A stretch of DNA of 19,878 bases from Elusimicrobiota bacterium (GTDB lineage Bacteria > Elusimicrobiota > Elusimicrobia > Elusimicrobiales > UBA9959). The stretch spans positions 1 through 19,878 of the forward strand of contig JBAXKK010000047.1 of NCBI GenBank assembly GCA_037137395.1, in the 5' to 3' direction. This document shows positions 1 through 6,427 of the stretch, piece after piece (within the stretch, counting starts at the first letter, position 1; each line of letters opens with the position of its first letter). Both the position numbers and the translations under genes were made by a program. Below the pieces are notes generated by a model. The model worked only from the letters and a program-made list of their open reading frames with translations, did not search any database and was not told where the DNA came from.

Positions 1-996
1 CGGCGCGCCGTTAGGAAGATTGTTGGTGCCGGTGCCTGTTACTGTTCCAGGGCCGGTAACTGTGGCTTCCGAGCCGTTGCCGTAGTTGTTGCTGCCCCCG
101 CTTACTCCATTCACATTATGCACATAGCTGCCGGTGGGCACTTTTACCATGGCGATGGCGAATACTTTCACTATGGCGCTTTTGCCGTCAACGCCGTCCG
201 CGCCGAAATCCCAGGTGACGGTGGTTCCCGCAGTCCAGTAAGAAGATACTATCGTGTGGTTCAGGTAAACACCCTTTTTATCGCTTGGGGTAGTAAGTGT
301 CGCCCCCGCGCCCACAATACCGCCGGTCAGCGTCGCATGATTCCAGGTTCCGTCCGCCCCCGACATAGTGGAAAACTTTATAAATACCCAGTCGGCCGTA
401 TTATACGCACCGAGGCCTGCTGAGGTGCCGGTTGTTACATTGTTCTCGGCTATGGTAAAGCCAATATTGGCCAGTCCAGTATTGCTCGCGCCAAAAATGC
501 TTACGCCGCTTATAGCCAGGTGATTTACCGGACTGGTGGAGGCAAACTTCCCGGTGGTGAAACTGTTAATACTTGACCAGGTTCCGGAGTAGGGAATTAC
601 TGTTTGCGCGCGCCAGTAATACACAGTGTTAGCGCTTAACTTAGGGGTTGAGGAAGAATAATAAACAAAGGTGCCCGTGCTTACTGATGAGTAAGCGTCG
701 TTTGTTACCGAAATAGTTGCATTGGCCCCGGTGAATGCGCCTGTCGCGAATGTCCGCGCCACGCTCTGGTCGAATGTCGCCCCCCCGGACATATCTGCGT
801 TAGGGGCCACCTGAATCAAATACTGTGTGGGAACTCCAGTGGTAAAATCTGCCACTACCAGCGTCGGACTCTGTGAAACGCCCGTTGCGCCGTTAGCCGG
901 TGAAATTAAGCTTGGGGCGGCAAACGACAATGCCGGCGCCATAAAAGCGAGCGCCGTCAGGATATTAATTATTATCAGTCGTTTAATGCTATTCAT
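1..996 (-). CDS. Secreted Ser/Thr/Gly-rich protein with an N-terminal FN3/Ig-like module and the probable start of an FGE-sulfatase (SUMF1, C-type-lectin fold) domain; runs off the left window edge
   Basis: Absent from the ORF track because it has no stop in the window. My translation from ATG (cat 994-996) is open to position 1: MNSIKRLIIINILTALAFMAPALSFA (signal peptide)-APSLISPANGATGVSQSPTL...YLIQVA...LSANTVYYWRAQ...WSSINSFTT (FN3-like)...DWVFIKF...WNHATL...DKKGVY...WDFGADGV...VKVFAIAMVKVPTGSY. I recognise the last part as the segment that usually leads into SUMF1-type domains. Confidence 0.75.
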   Translation of the reverse strand, partial: MNSIKRLIIINILTALAFMAPALSFAAPSLISPANGATGVSQSPTLVVADFTTGVPTQYLIQVAPNADMSGGATFDQSVARTFATGAFTGANATISVTNDAYSSVSTGTFVYYSSSTPKLSANTVYYWRAQTVIPYSGTWSSINSFTTGKFASTSPVNHLAISGVSIFGASNTGLANIGFTIAENNVTTGTSAGLGAYNTADWVFIKFSTMSGADGTWNHATLTGGIVGAGATLTTPSDKKGVYLNHTIVSSYWTAGTTVTWDFGADGVDGKSAIVKVFAIAMVKVPTGSYVHNVNGVSGGSNNYGNGSEATVTGPGTVTGTGTNNLPNGAP

Positions 997-998
997 TT

Positions 999-1110
999 TG
1001 TCAGTATTAAGGATGAGCTGTCAGTAGTAAGGATTAAGTTGTAAGTTATAAGATATTACCGATTAAAACTTACCACTTACCACTTACTACTTATCACTTA
1101 ATCCTTATTC
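999..1110. repeat. Inverted heptamer-repeat array (TAAGNNN x4 / CTTANNN x6) in the 5' region of the secreted-protein gene
   Basis: TAAGGAT TAAGTTG TAAGTTA TAAGATA (1028-1055) is followed by CTTACCA CTTACCA CTTACTA CTTATCA CTTAATC CTTATTC (1069-1110). There is a perfect 12-bp inverted pair at 1028-1039/1096-1107, and a short direct repeat TGTCAGTA(T/G)TAAGGAT at 999 and 1019. Confidence 0.8.
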
Positions 1111-1365
1111 CTACCCTATATTATTCTACCCCATCCCTTATTCATAAATAAGGCCAAACCATTAATTTTTTGTTTCCTAAAGCCAGACTGCCAAACACTA
1201 TTATATATAAATAATTTCGCGTTATCTATGATAAGTCGCGCCTTTATGTTTATCGCAAGAGTTTTGCTTGCAGACACTATAGTTTAGCAGGCTTGTATTT
1301 ACGAATCCCGAAGGAATTATGAACTTCCCAGTTTCAGCCTGCCTCAACAAGCGGCCAATGTAACC

Positions 1366-1442
1366 AAAGTGACACAATTAAAGTGACCACAATTAAAGTG
1401 ACACACAACTTAATTCAATTAAAGTGACACACAACTTAATTC
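1366..1442 (+). repeat. RAYT-associated REP-like repeat cluster 1
   Basis: Partial units at 1366-1375 and 1376-1390, then two perfect tandem 26-mers AATTAAAGTGACACACAACTTAATTC at 1391-1416 and 1417-1442. Confidence 0.92.
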
Positions 1443-1486
1443 AATGAGTATTTATCATAATCGGGGCCGGGTCTTGATTTTTAGCA
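1443..1486 (+). repeat. 44-bp direct repeat, copy 1 (abuts repeat cluster 1)
   Basis: AATGAGTATTTATCATAATCGGGGCCGGGTCTTGATTTTTAGCA; 43/44 identical to 2875-2918. Confidence 0.92.
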
Positions 1487-1732
1487 GATGGGAATGAAGT
1501 GGCTACTGGCGCGTGTAATGGGCCGTATATGTGTCACTTCCGGGTTTTACATACCCCGGAACTGCCTAGGGAATTTAATGAGGGCCAAAAGGTGTCAGGC
1601 GTATTTTAAACAAAATAATTGCCGCCATAGGCTGAGGAAACATGAAAATCTGCTTCCAGGTTGGCGACAGGACGCTGTCGGGGTCCTGATGTAGACTATT
1701 CTAGCAGTGACTATGCATTACAGGGAGGGAAT

Positions 1733-2755
1733 ATGTCTAAAAACTTATTGAATAACTACGGGATTTTACTGACTGAAATTAAAGCGCGGGTTCGCTCCGC
1801 CCAATACTCCGTGCTAAAGGCTGTAAATAAGGAACTTATTGGCCTGTATTGGGACATCGGGCGAATTATTGAAGAGCGGCAGAGGGGTGGCACCTGGGGC
1901 AAGTCGGTTGTGGAGCAACTGGCTAAAGATTTACAGGCGGAGTTCCCGGGCGTAAATGGCTTCTCGAGAGATAATATTTGGCGCATGAGAAAATTTTACC
2001 TGCATTACTCCCGAAACACGAAACTTGCACCATTGGTGCAAGAAATAAGCTGGGCTAAAAATATTGTAATACTTGAGTCATGCAAGGAAGACCTTGAACG
2101 GGAATTTTATATCCGCATGGTCAGGAAATACGGGTGGACTAAAAATATTCTTGCCATAAACATTAAGGCGCAAACTTATAATAAATATCTGCTGAACCAG
2201 ACGAACTTCGAAAAGACCGTGCCGGAAAAAGTCCGCAATCAAGCCAGGTTGGCCGTAAAAGACGAATACACCTTTGATTTTCTCGGTCTCGGAGAGGAGC
2301 ATAGCGAAAGAGAGCTTGAAAGCGCACTTATCACCAAGGTTAATCGCTTTCTTGTTGAGATGGGAGGGGTCTTCACTTTTGCCGGCAGCCAGTACCGGCT
2401 TGAGGTGGGTGGTGAAGAGTATTTTATAGACATACTGCTGTATCATCGGCATTTGAAATGCTTGGTTGCGGTTGAACTGAAGACTGGGAAATTTTTGCCG
2501 GAATATGTGGGCAAAATGCAGTTTTATCTGGCTGTGTTGGACGATAAAGTTAAGACCAAGGAAGAGAATCCATCTATAGGTATAATTTTGTGCAGAGATA
2601 AAAACAGGACTATTGTTGAATACGCGTTGCGCGAATCTAAAAAGCCGATAGGTATAGCCGCTTATAAAGTTGTGAGCAGTGTGCCTCGCGAATTAAAAGG
2701 ACAACTGCCTACGCCTGTTCAGGCGGCTCTGTTGTTGGAGGGGCTTGAGCGTTGA
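1733..2755 (+). CDS. DUF1016 / YhcG-family PD-(D/E)XK nuclease-domain protein
   Basis: Family motifs VNKELIGLYWDIG, WGKSVVEQLAKDL, GFSRDNIWRMRKFY, KDEYTFDFL, ERELESAL, FIDILLYH...VELK, GKMQFYL, ENPSIGIILC, VEYAL. Start moved from TTG 1661 to ATG 1733 because GGGAGGG (1723-1729) precedes it; 340 aa. Confidence 0.93.
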   Translation: MSKNLLNNYGILLTEIKARVRSAQYSVLKAVNKELIGLYWDIGRIIEERQRGGTWGKSVVEQLAKDLQAEFPGVNGFSRDNIWRMRKFYLHYSRNTKLAPLVQEISWAKNIVILESCKEDLEREFYIRMVRKYGWTKNILAINIKAQTYNKYLLNQTNFEKTVPEKVRNQARLAVKDEYTFDFLGLGEEHSERELESALITKVNRFLVEMGGVFTFAGSQYRLEVGGEEYFIDILLYHRHLKCLVAVELKTGKFLPEYVGKMQFYLAVLDDKVKTKEENPSIGIILCRDKNRTIVEYALRESKKPIGIAAYKVVSSVPRELKGQLPTPVQAALLLEGLER

Positions 2756-2782
2756 CTTGTTTCCGCGCCGGCTTATGACCTG

Positions 2783-2874
2783 TTAAAGTAATCTATTAAA
2801 GTGACAAATCTATTAAAGTGACACACAACTTAATTAATTAAAGTGACAATTAATTAAAGTGACACACTTAATTC
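2783..2874 (+). repeat. RAYT-associated REP-like repeat cluster 2
   Basis: TTAAAGT (2783-2789), AATCTATTAAAGTGACA (2790-2806), AATCTATTAAAGTGACACACAACTTAATT (2807-2835), AATTAAAGTGAC (2836-2847), AATTAAAGTGACACACTTAATTC (2852-2874, 3-nt deletion). Confidence 0.92.
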
Positions 2875-2918
2875 AATGAGTATTTATCATAATCGGGGCC
2901 AGGTCTTGATTTTTAGCA
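2875..2918 (+). repeat. 44-bp direct repeat, copy 2 (abuts repeat cluster 2)
   Basis: AATGAGTATTTATCATAATCGGGGCCAGGTCTTGATTTTTAGCA; one G/A mismatch versus 1443-1486. Confidence 0.92.
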
Positions 2919-3117
2919 TTTACGCATAAGATAAACCAGCCAGCTTCCTTAGGTTAAAATCCGCCAATACCACCTCTAAATACTTACCCGTGATCCCATT
3001 GTATCCGGATTGCGGGTAGGTCTTTTGTCGCTTAATTGATAGGACTAATGACTCTATCGGGGAATCCCGCTTAACCGCTATTATATAGATACGACACCAT
3101 ACTACGGAGGCAAGACA

Positions 3118-4293
3118 GTGAAAAAGGCTCTTCAGTTATCGGCTTTGATGTTTTTTTCGTTCTCCTCTCTTTTCGCGGCTGACATCCCCTTATTAGAGAC
3201 CGTCCGGTACCAGGACCTGAAAGCGGCGCAGGATATTGCGTTTCAGCTGCCAGTTCCCGACAAGCCGGTCTACACACCCGCGCCGGTATTCGGGCGGTAC
3301 GATTCCACAGGGATACCACTTTATATTTTCACCGAGACCACCCGCGTAAGCCCGGTGCTGGTGAAAGCCATAGACAGCGTCAGGTCCACACTGGACGTAG
3401 CTCTTTACAATCTTCAGCTTACCGATGCCGCGCAGGCGCTGGTAAGGGCGCGGAGCCGCGGCGTTAAAGTGCGCGTGATGATAGACTACGACCATGTCTT
3501 CCCCACCGTGGGCAGAGAGATAAAATATCTTATAGACAGCGGTATGGATCTTAAGGTGATGAAGGGCCGCGGCGGTTCCGGTTCTATGCACAATAAATAT
3601 GCCGTTTTCGACGGGACAGCCCTGCAGATGGGATCGGCCAACTGGACATCCTCCGCCGAAAGTTCCAGCTACGAGAACATGATGTTCGTATACGAGGCGC
3701 CGATAATACGCGGTTATCAGGATAATTTTGAGTGGATGTGGAACCAGGGGCGCTCCCCTTTGGTCGCCGCTTCACCTGTCCCCAAGGCCGGCCCGCTGCC
3801 GACGGACCCCAACCCTTCTGTAAATTTCAACGGGGTTCTGTTCCCTAAGTATATATTCTCCCCCCGCGGCGGCACTGAGGCGACAATCGCTAAAGCCATA
3901 GACGCGGCCCGTTCTTCAGTGGATGTCGCGATGTTCACGCTGACTTCTCGGCCGATCATGGACGCCGTGCTTCGTGCCGGCGCGCGCGGCCTTAAGGTGC
4001 GGATGACGCTTCATGCCGGTTCCAAATTTCCTTTTTATAAGGAAACGATAGCCAGGCGGATAGCACTGAAATTTTTGGAAGGCCGCGTGGAGAAGGGATT
4101 GATGCACAATAAGTTTGCGGTGCTGGATGGAGTACTTCTGATCAACGGCGCTTTCAACTGGTCCGATACAGCCGAACAGATCAACGCCGAGAACACTATT
4201 TTTACGGTTGTACCTGAGTATGTGACGCCGTATCTTCAGGAATACGATAAACTCTTCGGTATGGCCAGACCCGCAGGATCACCCCGGCCCTAG
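3118..4293 (+). CDS. Secreted phospholipase D-superfamily protein with two HKD domains (Nuc/PLD6-like nuclease or phospholipase)
   Basis: GTG start with GGAGG at 3106-3110; signal peptide MKKALQLSALMFFSFSSLFA; two HxKxxxxD motifs (MHNKYAVFD...GSANWT...ENM and MHNKFAVLD...GAFNWS...NAEN). Confidence 0.88.
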   Translation: MKKALQLSALMFFSFSSLFAADIPLLETVRYQDLKAAQDIAFQLPVPDKPVYTPAPVFGRYDSTGIPLYIFTETTRVSPVLVKAIDSVRSTLDVALYNLQLTDAAQALVRARSRGVKVRVMIDYDHVFPTVGREIKYLIDSGMDLKVMKGRGGSGSMHNKYAVFDGTALQMGSANWTSSAESSSYENMMFVYEAPIIRGYQDNFEWMWNQGRSPLVAASPVPKAGPLPTDPNPSVNFNGVLFPKYIFSPRGGTEATIAKAIDAARSSVDVAMFTLTSRPIMDAVLRAGARGLKVRMTLHAGSKFPFYKETIARRIALKFLEGRVEKGLMHNKFAVLDGVLLINGAFNWSDTAEQINAENTIFTVVPEYVTPYLQEYDKLFGMARPAGSPRP

Positions 4294-4336
4294 AATTAGA
4301 ATTAAAGTGGAATTAAAGTGACACACAACTTAATTC
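4292..4336 (+). repeat. RAYT left inverted repeat (26-mer at 4311-4336) with stuttered partial copies
   Basis: AGAATT AGAATTAAAGTG G-AATTAAAGTGACACACAACTTAATTC. It overlaps the PLD stop (TAG 4291-4293) and contains the last codons and stop of the RAYT. Confidence 0.92.
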
Positions 4337-4996
4337 AGTGTTTCCTGGCTTAGGGCCTGGACGCTGTTTAGTCAACTTTCGCCCCAAGCTGCCTTCCAAA
4401 GCAGCAATAAACTCTTTCCCACCCAGCGGCCGCCCTGTTGAAGAATGCTTTTTTATCCTGTCAATTTCCTCTTGTTCCAGATCCCAATCCGCAAGAGGAC
4501 CACGCAAGGCAAGAATTTCGTTCAGTCGCGCCGGGCGTGCTAAGAGATCAGACTGCCCTGAAAGGCGGCTATGGACGCTACTCCATGGATACTCACAAGG
4601 ATGCGCAACAAGCCCTGCGCGTACCGGGTTGTATTCAATATACCGGACCGCGGTGCAAAGATAGGCATCATCCATGATATAGGACGCGAACCGCCCCTGC
4701 CACAAACAGCCTTTCCAGCCCTCTCGCGCGTTTATCAGGCGGGTATAGTGCCAGTGAGCCATCCCTATTGCGCGCCCCAGGCTGGCCTCATCCCGCGGCA
4801 CGGCAACCAGGTGGACATGGTTCTGCATAAGGCAATAGCTCCAGATTTCAACCCCGCATTTTCCGCACCACTCTTTCATTAACCGGAGATAAAGCTTAAA
4901 ATCCCCGTCATTGAAGAAAGTCTTCTGCCGCCTGTTCCCGCGCTGTGTGATATGATGAGGATATCCCGGCGCTACCACCCTGGCCATGCGTGACAT
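4313..4996 (-). CDS. REP-associated tyrosine transposase (RAYT/TnpA-REP; HUH Y1 transposase, IS200/IS605 superfamily)
   Basis: MSRMARVVAPGYPHHITQRGNRRQKTF; HUH motif YCLMQNHVHLV; LWQGRF; catalytic-Tyr region VRYIEYNPVRAGLV..P.EYPWSS; C-terminal TGRPLG...RPGPK. ATG 4996 follows a strong Shine-Dalgarno AAAGGAGG (5001-5008); 227 aa. Confidence 0.92.
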   Translation of the reverse strand: MSRMARVVAPGYPHHITQRGNRRQKTFFNDGDFKLYLRLMKEWCGKCGVEIWSYCLMQNHVHLVAVPRDEASLGRAIGMAHWHYTRLINAREGWKGCLWQGRFASYIMDDAYLCTAVRYIEYNPVRAGLVAHPCEYPWSSVHSRLSGQSDLLARPARLNEILALRGPLADWDLEQEEIDRIKKHSSTGRPLGGKEFIAALEGSLGRKLTKQRPGPKPGNTELSCVSL

Positions 4997-5036
4997 AAGC
5001 CCTCCTTTCTCTACTGGCATCAATAGCGTAGCAGGC

Positions 5037-5062
5037 CACCCCGACAGCGTAGTGTCGGGGTG
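5037..5062. repeat. GC-rich perfect hairpin upstream of the RAYT
   Basis: CACCCCGACA-GCGTAG-TGTCGGGGTG (10-bp stem, 6-nt loop); GTAG occurs at 5028-5031, 5049-5052 and 5065-5068. Confidence 0.75.
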
Positions 5063-5110
5063 CCGTAGCTTTCTTTTTTGAATTTTAAAAGGAATTGTTC
5101 CGCGTGGTGC

Positions 5111-5150
5111 GAATTAAGTTGTGTGTCACTTTAATTTTGTCACTTTAATT
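5111..5150 (-). repeat. RAYT right inverted repeat (26-mer at 5111-5136) plus a partial copy at 5137-5150
   Basis: GAATTAAGTTGTGTGTCACTTTAATT followed by TTGTCACTTTAATT; the last two bases overlap the TAA stop of the 5149-6363 gene. Confidence 0.92.
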
Positions 5151-6363
5151 AAAAACTTAGGGATATGCCGGCGTAGCCGTGGAAGCCGGAGTGCGTCGGT
5201 AGGCCCAGCATGTAGCCGTCGGTCTTGTACGCGGCTTTGGCGGTTAAGCCTAATGTTTTGTAAAGCGGAGTGTCCAATTTTAACTGGGCGTTATAACCGC
5301 TGCGGGAAAATCTAAATCCGGCGCTCTTTGCCGCCGGCAGGGTCCACTGGTCATAGCCCGGCGTCAGCGCTAATCCGGCTATTTTTATCGGTCCGAATTC
5401 CGCGCCATAACCTTTCACCGCGCCCTCCGGAGAAGTGCCGGTCCGATAGTAGAGTGACGCCAGGTTGCCTTCGCGGGCGATGAAAATATAATAATAATTT
5501 TCCGGACCCAGCGGCGTGAGGTTTACTTTGGGAGAGAAGCCGAACTTGAGGCCGGCCAGCGGCAGCATTGGCGCGTAAAAAGAATCGTCTCCGGTCCACA
5601 GGTAGCGCAGCCAGGTAACCGCCAGCCAGGGGATGACCGGGTTTATGGCGGCCGCGTTTATGGCATTTCTGGATCTGTCAGCGAATTTAGCGGTAAGGGC
5701 TTGGTCGTTGTTATGCTGTCCTTTAAAATTGGCGAGCCATGAGGACCCGTCGTTGCTCTCAAAGAGGGCGTCGGCGTTAAGACCGTCTTTCAGATAAGAC
5801 ATGTCCGACATGGCCGCCTGCATCGGCAGGAACATTAAAAGCGTTCCGCGGCCTTTCCTATACATATCCTTTTCGGCTTCAAGCAGGTAAAGCTGGGATG
5901 CGGCCACCCCTCCGCCCAGCCAGAGCTGCTGCTCCTCGTATGTGCCCTCAAGCTGGACGCGCTGCGAATCCGCCATGCCGTCCGCGGAGAACATATCAAA
6001 CCAACCCCACTTGTAACTTGCATCATTGAAACCGAATTCGCGCAAAGCCGAGCCGTGGCCGTAATATTCATGCAGGAACTGCTTGGGGTTTGGAATAGCG
6101 AGACTGATCATCGGCAGAAAGAACGGCCTGGAATACCAGTGGTCGTGCAAACCAGCCTCGGCGGCCAGATAATTGGAACCACGGTAAAGAAGCAGGCTTG
6201 AGTTCCAGGCCAGGCTTACGCCGGATTCCATGCTGCCCTGACCTTTAAGGTCGTAAACAAAGCGGTAAGTATCCGGCTGTTGATAAGCCGGTATTCTATC
6301 AGAGGCGGCCATAACCCCCGACGGCGAGATGAGCAACAATAAAAAAATGACAATGGATATCAT
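5149..6363 (-). CDS. Hypothetical exported protein, probably outer-membrane (C-terminal beta-strands), with an HExxGH motif
   Basis: 404-aa ORF; signal peptide MISIVIFLLLLISPSGVMA; FLHEYYGHG motif; alternating-hydrophobic C-terminal strands ending YAGISLSF with a terminal Phe, like a BAM beta-signal. Confidence 0.65.
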   Translation of the reverse strand: MISIVIFLLLLISPSGVMAASDRIPAYQQPDTYRFVYDLKGQGSMESGVSLAWNSSLLLYRGSNYLAAEAGLHDHWYSRPFFLPMISLAIPNPKQFLHEYYGHGSALREFGFNDASYKWGWFDMFSADGMADSQRVQLEGTYEEQQLWLGGGVAASQLYLLEAEKDMYRKGRGTLLMFLPMQAAMSDMSYLKDGLNADALFESNDGSSWLANFKGQHNNDQALTAKFADRSRNAINAAAINPVIPWLAVTWLRYLWTGDDSFYAPMLPLAGLKFGFSPKVNLTPLGPENYYYIFIAREGNLASLYYRTGTSPEGAVKGYGAEFGPIKIAGLALTPGYDQWTLPAAKSAGFRFSRSGYNAQLKLDTPLYKTLGLTAKAAYKTDGYMLGLPTHSGFHGYAGISLSF

Positions 6364-6427
6364 TTGGTTTTTAAAAGCAACCCAACTTGTGATTTCCTGG
6401 CCTCTTCAATAATGTGATCTTTGGAGT

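Larger units (their letters stand above)
4311..5136 (-). mobile_element. RAYT unit bounded by perfect 26-bp inverted repeats (REPtron-like)
   Basis: 4311-4336 and 5111-5136 are exact reverse complements enclosing only the RAYT gene and its upstream region. Mobility itself is inferred, not shown. Confidence 0.7.

Noticed and set aside
118..1027. Plus-strand ORFs 118-423 and 827-1027
   Set aside because: Antisense to the long minus-strand secreted-protein frame (1-996).
1530..1539. Inverted 10-bp core TGTGTCACTT as the right end of a small MITE starting at cluster 1
   Set aside because: Only 10 bp match and the hairpin arms of the 26-mer are absent. It is suggestive but could be chance, so it is not called.
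1488..1694. 68-aa ORF between repeat cluster 1 and DUF1016
   Set aside because: No clear ribosome-binding site or recognisable motif; cannot be supported as a gene.
1366..2874. 26-bp repeats as a CRISPR array
   Set aside because: Copies are abutting or truncated with no regular unique spacers, no cas genes are present, and the same repeat flanks the RAYT in inverted orientation.
4313..5023. Classical IS200/IS605 element with tnpB
   Set aside because: No tnpB is present. The protein is longer than IS200 TnpA and has the RAYT-type QRGNRRQ, NPVRAG and WSS motifs plus flanking inverted repeats.
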